From positions 434,001-498,000 of the forward strand of contig LSRY02000007.1 of NCBI GenBank assembly GCA_001643675.2: 64,000 nt of DNA, written 5' to 3'. Below, in pieces: positions 12,833 to 25,668 of this stretch. The stretch is from Monocercomonoides exilis PA203. Lineage: Eukaryota > Protista > Preaxostyla. Under the pieces are notes generated by a model. That model made no database searches, was not told the origin of the DNA, and saw only the letters and a list, made by a program, of their open reading frames with translations. Positions within the stretch are counted from its first letter, which is position 1, and every line of letters begins with the position of its first letter. The position numbers and the translations under genes were made by a program.

Positions 12833-14736
12833 CGGAGATATATTATTCAATTGGTTCACTCAAAAAAATTTCATTCTCAAAATCATGGGTAATTATTTTT
12901 GAAATTATGCTTTTTTCATTAAATATTTCCGGTTTGTCAATTTTGTTAAAACCTGAGTGACATGACAAATCATAAAAAACGATGTCAGTCAGCAACAAAT
13001 CAAAATCGAGGGACACTTCGTGTTGGAACCAACATCTTGGTGTATGATTCAATTGCTGTGTTTGAGATGAACAATTATCAAATCAATTTCGAACATATTG
13101 ACATTGAATATCCTGATGCTATTGAAGGAGATGCACTTAATATTGTATATGGCTCTTTTTATTTGAAAATGACTGATGTTTTGTTCAGGCCCTGGTACAC
13201 GGGCTTAAAAGGAGAGAATGCACTTGGCGGAGAAGGAAAGCCTTTTCCATACACGCTGATTACTTATGAGGAAGGAACTGGCGAAATCATCCAGTTGACT
13301 GTTCAAGGAAGAAATGGAAATATTACAAGAAACAGTCAAAACAACAACCAAATTCATAACAATAAATACTTTGAGAACATGGATGAAATGGAATCAAATT
13401 CTGGTTCAGAATTCAAAATTAATGAGGAAGATAATCCGTTGTGTTCGTGGGATTCTGGGCTTGTATTCCTTCGAGGATCTTTCCACACAAGCTTCGATGA
13501 CAGCACATTTTCTGATATCAGTGAGGGGGCTATTCTATCTTCTTCAACTGCTCTGAGCATTACGAATTGAAGTTTTATGAATAATCATCCGATTGGAGAG
13601 AATTGGGAGAAGTATTCTTCAATGAGGCACAACATCAGAATCTACTCAAAATCAGAGTTTAATTGGGCTTCTATCCACTCTTTGGCACCAGGAAGCGATG
13701 GATTGGACGAAAGGCCGTTTGGAATGGTTACCGAAATAAAGCCAATTGGAGCAGCTGCTGAGAACATGAATTCTTATTTCTTTTCGTCTATTTTGAAGAA
13801 CGTGACAATTGAGAAAGAGAACAAGAGCAATTTGAATGCAATGCAAAGTAAAGAAGGTGCTGAGAAGGAAGTCGAAGCAATTATTCGTTGAAGCTTTTTG
13901 TTTCCTTGTGGACTTTCATTTGAAGCATCCAAAAAAAAGAAAGGACAAGGAATGGAATGGAACGACTGCTCAATTTCGGAGTATGTGAATGAGACCGAAA
14001 TAAGAGTGAAGATTCCGCAGTCAATTTTTGATGTGGACGAGTACACATCTGTGATATGCCGCTTGTCTTATCCGAGTGGAGTGATAGAAGGAGAAAAGAG
14101 ATACTCTCAAAATCTTGTTTTGGAACATCAGAAGAAAGAGGATCCAAAAACATTAACATCCACTCAACTGATAATTATAATTGCATCGTCATGTGCATTT
14201 TCAATAATTGTTGTTGTTGCGATTATAGTGACTGCTGTTTGCATAGTCAAAAGGAAAAAGCGAAGACAATACAAGCCAATCAACGATACTAAATAGATGA
14301 GCGGATTGTGGCACAATTTTTCAAATCAGCATTTTTGATTCACAAAAATAACTTATGGAAAAATAACCGTGGCATGATGTATAGTCATTGAATGTTTATT
14401 GATTTTATTTTTGTAATTTGTCGATGAGATTGCATTGATTTGTTGTTATTTTGAAGATAAGCACCTGCAACATTCTTTTTCTCTTTAACATTTTTATTGA
14501 ATAATGGTTTTTTTCGATTTCAAGAAAATTACGTAATATTGCAAATTAATTTGCAAAAAGAGTTTTGTTTTGAATTTGAAGAGTGATTTATGTCAAATTT
14601 AATATAACATTTGTTTTTTTTAAAAAAGGAAATTCCATATTTTTTTGTATTTTTTCATAATTGTCATTTGAGAAATTATATTTTTTGTGATGATTTTCAC
14701 AGAAATGCGAATAACATTCAAATGCAACTTCAAAAA

Positions 14737-15095
14737 CCGTACATCGCCTAAAACACAAAACAAGATCGATTTCACAATAACTACAAGAGGAATAATTCTG
14801 AAAATTTTCCTCAAAAGATATCTCATCAATGTAAACTCATTTGATTTACAAAACTTTCAAAATAGCTTCATATGTGCTCAGAAAAAAAAATATCGAAACC
14901 TCAGAAAAAGAGGTTTTTGAGTTTCTCCGAGATTTTTATAAAAATTTTCTCTGAGCATAAACGAGGAAGTTTTGAAAGTCTCGTTTATCAGTTGAGTTCG
15001 TATTGATGAGATATATCTTGAGGAAAATTGTCAGAATTATTCCTCTTGCGGTTTTTGAGAAATCGATCTTGTCCTGTGTTTTCGGAGATGTACTG
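14737..15095. mobile_element. Palindromic MITE-like element (~360 bp), probably Tc1/mariner/pogo-type
   Basis: Diverged inverted arms: ccgtacatcgcctaaaacacaaaacaagatcgatttc.. vs ..gaaatcgatcttgtcctgtgttttcggagatgtactg, followed by TA. Confidence 0.75.
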
Positions 15096-15124
15096 TATTT
15101 TAAGCGATATCTGTATATTTTACG

Positions 15125-15618
15125 AAATACTTACTGAAACAATTTAAATAACATCTTGGTAGTAATTTTATATAACTGTAATATCTATAAGAGCAAGTGT
15201 TTGCTTTCGTTTAATGTTCTTGCATTTGATGAAAAAATTTTGTTTTAGTTGTCCCATTTGAAATAATTTTTCAAAAATGACAGATTTTCATTCCATTGGA
15301 AAGAGCTATTTGTGGAAAATAAAATTTAACCAAAATTGTTTATATCATGGAAAAAATAGGTTGAATGTGTAAAAGATGAATTGAATCGTGTTATTAAAAT
15401 AGAAAAATTCATCAAAAGTCGGATTTTCTTAAATAAAAATTATTTATTTCAAAAAAAAGACAACGCTGCTGTTAAAAATTCGGATATGAATCGATGTCAT
15501 ATATACTAATATATAACTATGCAATTTGCTGAAAATTAATATTGAATATTTGTTGAGATTTTTTATTTTTAAATTTTGTTCGGATGAAAAATTTTCTGGA
15601 TTAAAAAACCACCCTATA
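15125..15618. mobile_element. Old solo arm related to the 1.07-kb foldback element family
   Basis: Aligns with 40169-40610, e.g. aaaatgacagattttcattccattggaaagagc vs aaaatgacagattttcattccgttggaaagagc, and aaaatagaaaaattcatcaaaagtc vs aaaatagaaaaattcattaaaagtc. Ends in a different terminus (ccaccctata). Confidence 0.7.
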
Positions 15619-16020
15619 TAAATAAAAGAAAATTCATAAAAAAATTTCCTCCAATTTAAATAAATAACTTCAAGGACATATCCACATTAGTAAAAATTAA
15701 TTTGAAATAACAAAACATAAAACAAATAATCTTTATGATTTTCATAATAAACGTAAAAGAAGCATATCAATGCACCCCCCAAGCTGCATTGGTGCATTAC
15801 ATACTTGCCATTTTCCGTGTTTATAAATTCCTTTTTTAATTGATGATGATCATCTAATTTCCAGTTATAATTATGCTTTTCTAAAAATACAATCAAACAA
15901 TTATGTTTTAAATCTATCGTGAAAAAAAAAAAAAAAAAAAAAAAAGAAATATGACATACCAAAAAAGAAATATGAACAATATTCATTAAGACATTTGTAA
16001 TTATAAGACCATAGCGATGA

Positions 16021-17748
16021 TTATTGTGTAAGGTCAACATGCTGCTTACAGATGGGACATGAAAATTTCATGTTCAGCCATTCCTTGATGCACTCTGAAT
16101 GGAACAGATGAATGCACGGCAGCGCCATTATCTCGTCCCCTTCTTCAAACGGAATAAGACATATTTGACATGAGTTGTCACTCACTTCGTCTTCATCCGA
16201 CGCAGCTGGCGACGATGCTTTCACTTGCTGATTTTCCTGTGATGCATTTGCCGGCGTGGCAGAAGTCGCCACTGCTGATCCGTCTGTGGGAGCTGGCGAG
16301 GCAGAGGCAGAAGGCGTCGGTGTGTGGTGCTCGTGGAATATCCACCGAGGAAGCCGATCAATGTCAGCAGCTGCTCCACCGACGCATGGCTCTTTCGCTC
16401 TGCCACAATCATCATCTTCTTTCTCTTCCTTTTTCTCCTCTTTTTTTTCCTCTTTCTTTTCTGCTTTTCTTTCCCTTTCCTCTTCATAATTTTCTTCTTC
16501 ATCATCTTCCTCTTCCTCTGCCTCATCATCATCATCCAAATGTATTTCAAAGATTCGATCAAGTCTGCGCCGACTTCTCCCTTCTGCAATGGCTCCTCTC
16601 AGCCTCATCTGCTCTTTTCGCTTCTCCATTATCCTCTCCTCAAATTTCTTCCGCATCGCTTCAAAGGCCGCCATCCTTTCTTTCCTTCTCGCTTCAATTC
16701 GTGCGTCTCTTTTAGGATCCGGTGAACGAGGTTCTCTTCGCGTGTGTCGCATATGCCCTCCCCTTCGAAATCTCCCTCTCACTCTTCCTCCTCTCCATCC
16801 TCCTGCTCCTCCTTCACCGTCTTCTCCTCCCCCTCCTTCTAAATCTTTGTAATCATCTACCAAATCAACCATGTCATCGTGCGCCTTTTTGAAGAGCTGT
16901 TCCATTCCCATTGGACGCTCATGCTCTTCCCCAAACATTGGCCTTGCTCCTCCAATCTTTCCCGCATATATTCCTGGAGTTCCTCTCATTCTTTCTCTTC
17001 CCCTCATTTGAGCTCTTCCAACGATCATTCCTCTCAAGCTTCCTCCTTCGCCTCTGCCTCTCCTTTCGCCTCTCCAACCTCCTCCCCTAAATTCCCCTCT
17101 TCCGCTTCTTCCACCCCATACACTCTGCTCTCCTCTCCCACTCCCTCTTCCGCTCCCTCTTCCGCTTCCGCTTCCTCTCCATCTAGAACATTCCCCTCTT
17201 CTTCCTTCTTTCATTTCCCCCTGTTCTTCTTCATCTTCATTATCTCCTTTTTTACCTTCCTCTTCCCATTTCTTTTCATCTTTCCATCCCTCTTTTTCTT
17301 TCCAGTCCTCTCCGTCCTTCCATTCCCCCTTTTCCTTCCATTCACTTCTGTCCTTCCAATCACCATGTCTTCCCTCTTTCCAATTTCCGTCTTCCTTCCT
17401 ATCGCTTCCTTCTCTTTCAGTGTGTTCTTTCCAACCACCATGAAACCCCCGTCCTCTCCATCCTCTGTGTGTGCTTCGCCCTCGCCATTCGCCGTGCTCT
17501 CCTCTATGATGCGCAAAACCTGTTTTTCTTCCCCAACCTTCCCTATTCTCAGCGCTTTTTTCTTTATCATCTGATTTATTAACCCCATTTTCAGTGTTTG
17601 ATTCATTTCGCTCTTTAGATAAACTTGCATAATCCAAACCATGAGGAAAGTGATGCATTCCTCTGAATCCATGGGTTCCATCCCTTCTCATACGATCACG
17701 GAAAATATCACTTGTTTCGTTTCCTTCCTTAACATTAGCTTCCTCCAT
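16021..17748 (-). CDS. RING-H2 E3 ubiquitin ligase-like protein with an RGG/RG-rich N-terminus
   Basis: 575-aa single ORF. C-terminal CQIC..LPCIHLFHSECIKEWL....SCPIC is a C3H2C3 RING-H2. Many RGG/GRG motifs and W-K hexapeptide repeats. Confidence 0.9.
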   Translation of the reverse strand: MEEANVKEGNETSDIFRDRMRRDGTHGFRGMHHFPHGLDYASLSKERNESNTENGVNKSDDKEKSAENREGWGRKTGFAHHRGEHGEWRGRSTHRGWRGRGFHGGWKEHTEREGSDRKEDGNWKEGRHGDWKDRSEWKEKGEWKDGEDWKEKEGWKDEKKWEEEGKKGDNEDEEEQGEMKEGRRGECSRWRGSGSGRGSGRGSGRGEQSVWGGRSGRGEFRGGGWRGERRGRGEGGSLRGMIVGRAQMRGRERMRGTPGIYAGKIGGARPMFGEEHERPMGMEQLFKKAHDDMVDLVDDYKDLEGGGGEDGEGGAGGWRGGRVRGRFRRGGHMRHTRREPRSPDPKRDARIEARRKERMAAFEAMRKKFEERIMEKRKEQMRLRGAIAEGRSRRRLDRIFEIHLDDDDEAEEEEDDEEENYEEERERKAEKKEEKKEEKKEEKEDDDCGRAKEPCVGGAAADIDRLPRWIFHEHHTPTPSASASPAPTDGSAVATSATPANASQENQQVKASSPAASDEDEVSDNSCQICLIPFEEGDEIMALPCIHLFHSECIKEWLNMKFSCPICKQHVDLTQ

Positions 17749-17863
17749 TTATTAGTTGATGAATTATTTTTAGAAATGATCACAACCTTTAAAATTTTTA
17801 TTATTCCTCTTTGATCGAAATTCCCTTTCATAGCACTTCACAAGTTAATTATTGGAATTAAAA

Positions 17864-20800
17864 ATGAAAAAATCAAATGAAAATACCGAAGAATCGGATA
17901 TTTTTGATGTTGGATCTCTTTTCAATATAAGTTTGACATCTGGACGAACGGGAAAATTAACTGTATGCACAAACAATCCAGATGAACAACTTTGAATATA
18001 TTAATTTTTTCATCATATTAAAGTCTCCTTCTCAACGCAACTCACGTGTTATAGCTATGTCTTTAAAGGCTCCAGAAGTTGAGGATATTGGGCATCGTCG
18101 TGCACCAATGGATTTTGTATGTCTTGTTGATACATCAAAATCAATGGCAGGAGGATTTTCGCTACCTGGAAAAAATAAACTCGCGCAAGTTATGAGTTGT
18201 TTTCAGCATTTAATAACGTATCTAGGAGAACAAGATAGATTTTCAGTCTATCTTTTTGCATTGGAAACTAAAAAGTTATTTAGTCTTGTCAACATGGATT
18301 CTTTAAATAGAGTTTGCTCAATTTGAGATTTATTGTAGGACTTTGATTAATTTTGCTAAATTATTTTTTTCATTTGTTCATTTTAATCTAGTGGAGTGTT
18401 TCTGCAACTCTGTCACGGCATTGCTCGCAACCTGACGGTGGGACAAACATGCTAAAAGCAGTAGAGGTTGCACTTACTGAACTTTCATCACATGAAAGGT
18501 TAGAATTTAGTTTATTTATGCAATAATTATGTTGAAATAATGATGTTTTTTGAATGAAAAAATAATAATCGAAACAAAATATGTATATCTTAATGATGAA
18601 TAAAACTCATAGAACCGAGAATTGCGAAGGACGAGCAGCGTCAATATGGCTTTTTTCAGATGGAATGGACATGGTGGCGCGTGAGGCATGGGACAACGAT
18701 CTGCAACGCCCAACAGGAACACTATCTGATGAAGCACTAAGCAGAAAAATCAAACAACTGATAATGTCATTCGAAGGAAAGATAAAAGGTGGTTTTTCGA
18801 TCAACACATTCGGCTTTGGAGATCAAAACGACGACTTTCTGCTGAGCAAGCTTGCTGAACACGGGCACGGAACGTACTACTTTGTGGAAGGAACAGAGCG
18901 CCTGAAGCAGCAGGAGTCGTTTATCAGGTGCTTTGCGGACTGCCTCAACCGAAAGCTCACGCTGATTGCGCAGAGTGTCAAAGCGGAGCTGCAAGTGGGC
19001 GACGGAGCGCGAGTGGTGCGGCAGATTGGGCCGTGTGAAGACGAGCGGGCGGAAGTGGCTGATTTGGGGGATGTTTACCACGAGATGGTGTCGAATGTGA
19101 TGTGGGACGTGACAAAAGTGGAGAAGAAGAAGAAGAAGAAGGGCGTGCTGTCTGGGAAGTGGGCGGTGAAAGGGGAGGAGAAAGAAAGAGAAGATGAAGA
19201 TGATATGAAGGACTGTGAAGACTACGACGAGAACAAGCTGTATGTGGCTGTGGAGGTTGTGTATGTGAACTTGCTGGAAGGAGGGAAAAAACAAAGACAG
19301 ACGCAGTCACTTATGGTTGACTGGAGAGACGAAACAGTTTGCGATTGTTGCTTTTATTTGTTTTTGCTTTTTATTTTTATTTTATTTTTCTCTATATATT
19401 TAAAATATCCTTATAATAATGATTATTGTTGCTTAATCAATTAATAAATAAAAATTTATCATTTAATTATCTCTTCTTCATTTTAGTTATTGCCATCTGA
19501 TTTGCTTGCAGAGTATCATTTGACACTTCGAGTGCTGGCTGAAATAAGAGAAATGCGATCAAAAACACGAAGTGCATTTCCCTCAACTTCCACTCACCGC
19601 TCAGAAATATTGGGAGGATGTGTGCTTTCCATTGAAATGATTATTTGATTATTTAATTTTTAAATGTATTTTATTTTATCTAATCAATTCTAATGCAAAA
19701 AATATGTATTTATAATTATATATATATTTCATTTCGTTTCTAGTCTCCTCACTCCGCACCCGCTCCTTCGCAAACGCCACGAAAGCACTCCAGCGGCGCA
19801 CCCAGGCCACTCAACAGCAGATGATGAGAGAGTTCAACAAGATGGACTTGACAAACATTCCAGACGTTCGCCCTTTCGCAGCCGGCAGCGACCAAACAGG
19901 AAGATTCAACGGAATGGGGAGGTCTGCGGAATTTGTGGCAGCAGTCGAGGAAGAGATGGGGGGAATACTGAAAGCGTATGTGGGAGAGCAGAGCCTGCGA
20001 GTGAGAGGGGCGCTGCTGGAGCGGGAGAGGGAGATGAAGAAGGAGTGGAGGGAGATGCTGGCACAGTTTGAGAACGAAGGAAGGCGGATTTTTGACTCGG
20101 TGCTGGTGGGCGGGATGGCGCAGGTGCTGGATGAGATCACAGAGATGAGGAACAGAGGAAGGAGCGTGATGCGGGAGATTGAGATGATTGCAGCAGAAAT
20201 GAGAGACAGGAAAGAGCGGATGAGAGAGATGGAGGAGGAGATGAAGATGAAGCTGGGGTTGTTTGAAAGAAATGAAAGAGGAGAAGGGAAAATGGGGAAC
20301 AGAGCAATTTGCAGCGGGACGATAGCAAAAGGAGCGCTTCGGCAGATGCAGGCAGATGAATGGGCTGATGAGGATGGAGAAATACGGAGAAATTCTGCCA
20401 CTGTCAATGCAACATCTGCTTCATCTGCTTCATCAATGCACAATCGTAGCAATCTTTCCATGGAAACCTCACAAAAACTCGGTCAAACAACGCATTCACA
20501 ATTGAATGAAGGAAACGAGAACAACATTTGTGATTCAGATTATTATGAGCCGAAAAGAGAGGGAGAGCAGTCAGAACAGCAGGATCATCCAGAAGTGCTC
20601 TCAGAACAAGAAACATCTCCTTTGAATCAGAATCTGAATAGCTCATCCACTTCACAGAAGAAACAGAACTTGATGGAGATGTCTTCAAAAGAAGACACAT
20701 TTGCTGATGAAGCATATCCTTATTCATCATCACCATCCTCCTCCTCCTCCTCATCATCATCTTCATCGTCAACCTATTCTCCCTTAAATACTTATCCATT

Positions 20801-23800
20801 TCACCAAACCATTTCATCATCATCATCTCAATCAAATAATTCCTCATCCTTCCCCTTTTCCTCTTCCTCTTCTGATGCTGCCTCATCATTTTCATCCACT
20901 GCACCAGCCACATCATCATCATCACCATCATCATCACCATCACCATCATCATCATCATCATCTTCTTCTTCTTCTCCTCTTCCCCTCAACACATCCTCTC
21001 TCACCCAAACCCTCTCCTCGCTCAATCCAGGCACCTCTGACCAGCCCACTCCTCTTCTCCACTATGCCCTCTCGCTCGCTGCTGACCACCTCGACCACAC
21101 ACACCGGAGTGCCTACACAGCACGCGTGAAGGAGCTGAAGCAGCGGATGGAGCAGCAGCACAGCCTGTCGCTGAGAGAAAGCAGCGAGAAAGAAGAGCAG
21201 CTTCTGATGCGGATGGAGGAAAGAGAGCAGAAGGAGAGGATGCTGAGGGAGATGAACGAGGAGAGGAAGAGGCTGTTTGCGGGGCTGAAAGGGAGAGTGC
21301 TGGAGGAAGAGGCAGAAAGAATGAGGGAGTTTGAGGAAGAGAGGAAAGAATTGAAGAAGAGAGAGGAAGAAAGAGAGCAGATGGCTGAGCAGATGCTGAT
21401 GAAGGAGGAGGAAGACATTATGAGGCTGATGAAAGAAAGAGAAGAGGCGAAGCAAAGGAGGATTCAGAGACGGTTGAAGCGGATGAAATATCAGCAAGTT
21501 GCAGCTGAAGTCGATGGACAAACAGAAAATGGGAAGGAAAATGGAGAAAAACAGAATAAGAAGACGGCAAAGAACACAAATGCAAGAAAGCAGCCACGGA
21601 GCTATCAGCAGTTTAAACAAAGAAAAGCAGCAAAGAAGAATTTGAAACAAAAGAAAAACACACAAAATGGGAATGAAAACCAAGAAAATCCACTTCAAAG
21701 CAGTGGATGTGTTGCAATTGAAACAGAAAATGAGAGAGACTTTAACGACGAACAAATGAAAGGGTCTTCATCTACTCCTTCAAAAAAGTCCCGCTCATCG
21801 AGTTCTTCATCTTCATCTGCTTCAGCATCAGCATCTTCTTCATCTCCTTCTTCATCTCCTTTGTCTCAATCTTCCAGTTCATCTTCATCAAACTCCTCAA
21901 ACAACATATCACCCAGCACCGCACTTCAAACACCCAATTCATCTCGATTGGTTAAACCACTTCATTCTCAACCCACTTCATCATCAATATCACCATTTTC
22001 TTCTTCTTCTTCTTCTTCTTCTTCTTCTTCTTCTTCTTCTTCTTCTTCTTCTCAGGATCATTCAAATAATGCTTTGTCTGATGAAGACAATGATTCTTCG
22101 TTGAAAGATAATATGAACAACAACAACAACAATGATGATGATGAATATAATGATAACAACAACGAACAATGTGAACAATCAAAAGAAATGGAAGACGGAG
22201 AAATAAAAGGAAACAATGAAATTCAACTTAAAGAAGGGGATCTCTTATCATCGCCAAGACTGCAATCGACTTCACTTCAGCAGAAAAGAAGAAAAGCTCG
22301 TGAAATGCAGATGCTCAAGCAAGCACAGATGGCACAGAAGGACAACTTGGAATCTTCAAATAAAGAACTTAACTCTGATTCAAATAATCAAAACAACGAT
22401 GAAGTTAGCAATAAAGAAGACAGTTCAATGAACGGAAATGAAGGAATTTCAAACAGAAACAATGGAATAGTTGCAGACGATGAATCAGCTGATGAATCGA
22501 TTGTCTTTGGAGAAAGCGAAGGAATTGGACTGAATGAAAGAGAGCTCATTTTGGCTGCTCAGCTGATGGACGAGTCAGCGGAAGCACGAGAGAAGCAGAA
22601 TGCGAGTGAGACAGAGCAATTTGGAGAAGGGAAAACACCAAAGTCTTGGAAGACGAAAAGCAGAATAAGAAAAAGAGACAAGGGAGTGTTGAGAGATAGA
22701 GAGGAGAAAGACGAGGAAGGAGTGGTGCAACTAGATGAAAGCGAAGACGATATGGAAGAGAACGAAAGCGAAAGCACGCCTTTGCTGATGAAACACCAGA
22801 AACTTAGCAGCGGCACAGGAAAGCTTGAAGTGCAGAGTGGATATCGTGAGGATGCAGCTGAAGCAGAAACAGTTTATAAAAAGGGGGCTAAAAGACAAAA
22901 GATTATTGTCGACACAAAAATGTCTCAGTTGCAGAAAGAAGCAGATGCTAAAGAGGAAGAAGATGATGATGACGAAGACGAAGATATTGACGATATAAAT
23001 GTATTTAACTCTCTTCCAGAATTAGAGAGAAAATCCAGCTTGTCGAAAAAAGAGAGAGAAATGCTGAGAAGAGGAGCTGGAAAAGGCGGGCTGCCTTCTG
23101 AAACAGAAGGAGAAATGACAGATGAAGAATATCTCAAGCAAGCAGCAGGATTTGATGACGATGATGACGATTCTGTTTTGATGGAATCAACAGCTGAAGA
23201 AGAGGATGAGGAGCCTTATGACAAGGAACAAAACAAAAGCAGGAATGCACAAGCGGATGATGACTCTCAAACAACGGGTGTGTTCCGCTTCTGGCGAAAG
23301 AACGTGACACAGTCCACTTTGGGCACAGTTCTGTGTGTTATCTTCAGTGTTGTGTTTCTTCTCTTCTTCATCGCAGGAGTGGTTGTATTCTTTGGCCTTC
23401 TCTTTGGAGGATCGCTTCTCTCCTTCTCTGGCGTCATTCACCCGGCTGGCAATGCTGGGCTTGCTGTTGGCCCTGCTGTTGAATGGAGCAGTGCAAGCAG
23501 TGTTGCGGCTGCAGCTTTAAGCGGAATTTCGCTGCCTTTCATTTCATCTTCGTCACATCATCGTAGTAATGATTCACATCATTCATATCAGAACTCCACA
23601 AACACTTATTTTGAAGCAACAAATTCAAGGAAAGGCAAACCTTTTAAATCTTCCAGGTCTTCTTCGTCGCACAACATGCTTGAAGTGACTGACTCTGCAG
23701 TTTATGCGCACACTCTTTATGCCTCTTTTATAAGTGCAGATCTTTTATCAGCAAAGTCGCAAACATTTGGAAACAAGATTGTTGTTGGCAATTTGTCTTT

Positions 23801-24944
23801 TGATGGAGAAAATCAAACAATAACAGGTTTGAACTCCACCATTCCATTGCATTTGAGAACAGATGGTACAACACAAGTCATATCTCCTCATACAGTTATT
23901 AGTGATCCATCTTCTACGAACTTGCAAAGCGTAACCCAGTTATTCACTGTGGATGGGACGATGTCGGTGAGGGGGAATGCGACGTTTGGGGAGAGTGTGG
24001 AGGCGAAGGATGTGCGGGCATACAACTCGACTGTGCTGCGGGGGAGTGTGCGGGTGGAAGGGGAGACGCACTTTGTGGGGAAGACAGTTGCCGAGGGGGA
24101 TGTTGCAGTGGAAGGAGTGCTGAGTGGGAAAGATGGGACATTCAGTGGGGATGTGAGTGTGGCAGGGGAGGCGAAGCTGAAGAAAGTGCGAGTGGAGGCC
24201 GGGGCGAGTGTGGAAGGAGGGTGTGTTGTTGGAGGGCAGAGTGGGGAGGAAGCGCTGAGAGTGAAAGGGAAGAGTGTGCTTGAAGGGGGGAGTGAGGTTG
24301 GAGAGTGTGGAGGGAGTGGAGGAAGTGTCGGGAGTGGGCTGAGGGTGTGTGGGCGGAGCAATCTTGACTCTGAAGTTGTGATTGGGAATGAAACAACAAC
24401 AGCAGCAGCAACAGGAACAGGAACAGGAAACAGTGACACAACACTTCTTGTTGTCAACGGGAAGGCTCAATTTAATGGTGATGCAACATTTGGCAATCAT
24501 ATTGTGTCTTCCCAGCCAGTTATTCATTCCATTCAATCAGAAAGAACACTCAATTTGATTCCATCTTTGATTGTGACAGTGATCAATGAAGGACAAGAAA
24601 TGCATTTTGAGATTCATAATCTTCCAGACGAGTTCTCTTTATTTGTAGACGACATCATTTTCCAGTCAATCAGTCTGTTTCGCAACTACATTCGCTTCAC
24701 AAGAACAGCAGGAAATGATCCTCAAGCCAATTCCACTGCAACAGATACAGCTTTTCGATGGAACTGGAGCAATCACATTCTTACTCTGTCATTTACAAGC
24801 ACTGCGCAAAGATTTATAAGAGCATCCCTTTCTTCATTTGAAGCTGTGGATGCTGTGAAAGTTGTCCTGCGTTCAGAAACATCTGTTTCGAAGACTAATG
24901 GAAATGATGAAGATAATAGCACCATTATATACAGACACTTATAA
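17864..24944 (+). CDS. vWA domain + coiled coil + TM + beta-fibre-like protein, paralogue A (~2183 aa)
   Basis: Exons 17864-17962, 18024-18311, 18392-18498, 18613-19336, 19487-19619 and 19744-24944; all introns GT-AG and frame-consistent. MIDAS motifs VDTSKSM, GGTNM, LFSDG, INTFGFG. TM VLCVIFSVVFLLFFIAGVVVFFGLLFG. Gly/Val-rich beta repeats lie C-terminal. Confidence 0.85.
21998..22050 (+). repeat. (TCT)n microsatellite encoding poly-Ser
   Basis: Uninterrupted tct run inside the coding exon. Confidence 0.9.
23946..24473 (+). repeat. 528-bp coding inverted repeat, arm 1 (176 codons, TVDGTM...GKAQF)
   Basis: Reverse complement of 26586-27113. The protein and the alternative-frame translations are identical between arms, and identity stops abruptly at both ends. 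Confidence 0.95.
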
Positions 24945-25668
24945 CAAAGGATTCATTATTTTTGATGGATTTTTTGATGACTTATATTTATTTCTTTTCG
25001 TGTTAGAAAAATATTATATTCATAGCAATTCATCTTTTTGTTTTAAATGCGAAAGTTTTTATCTTTTTGTTTCGTATTGTTCATTTATGTGTGGTTTTAT
25101 TAGCAATAATATTTACGTGTATTTTTAAGTTGAAAATATATTCGTTTTTTTAAAAAAAAACTTTTTTTTCCAAAAGAGTATGCTTAATCATTGTTTTTGT
25201 TCTTAAAAAAAGATTTTCACAAATTGTGAAAATTTCTCCATTGAACAAAAAGAAACACCAAACGTTAACGTTAAAATTCAATGCTCTTATCGCTAAAAAT
25301 GAAGAATTTGAAGGAAACAAAATGATATTTTTCATTTTTCAAACATAAACCACTTTCCATTAACTAAAATTTAAACAAAAAATTAGAGTGAAATGAAATG
25401 TATGCTGAAATGTGTGAATGAAAACGAAACTACCAATAAATTTAACTTAAAATACAAAATAAGATGAATAATAAGCTAATACAATCACCATATTTATAAG
25501 ATTAAATACAATAAATACAACATAAATAGAAATAATATCCAATTTTATAATTTTAAACCGAAAAAAATTTTTTATTAATAGGAGATAATAAATACTTTCA
25601 TTTCTTGCCTTCTAGCAATGTCTCACACATTTCTATCAACTATCCATTCAGCTGAAGGATAAACAAGC

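Larger units (their letters stand above)
11071..14296 (+). pseudogene. Type I membrane surface-protein gene disrupted by a Merlin insertion and two nonsense codons
   Basis: Signal-like MLFVSIMVLTFNSFVL starts at 11071. Reading frame YFRRNTEI|YYSIGSLK is restored when the element and one TSD copy are removed. ORFs 12962-13570, 13577-13891 and 13898-14296 are in one frame, separated by TGA. The C-terminal TM LIIIIASSCAFSIIVVVAIIVTAVCIV is followed by KRKKRR. Confidence 0.8.

Noticed and set aside
13568-13891. In-frame TGA codons as selenocysteine or readthrough
   Set aside because: The gene is already broken by a transposon, and single substitutions from TGY or GGA explain both stops.
23946-24400. 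G-rich runs in the 528-bp repeat as a G-quadruplex recombination trigger
   Set aside because: Similar G/purine-rich stretches occur elsewhere in these genes (e.g. ~19950-20350), so the signal is not specific without computation.
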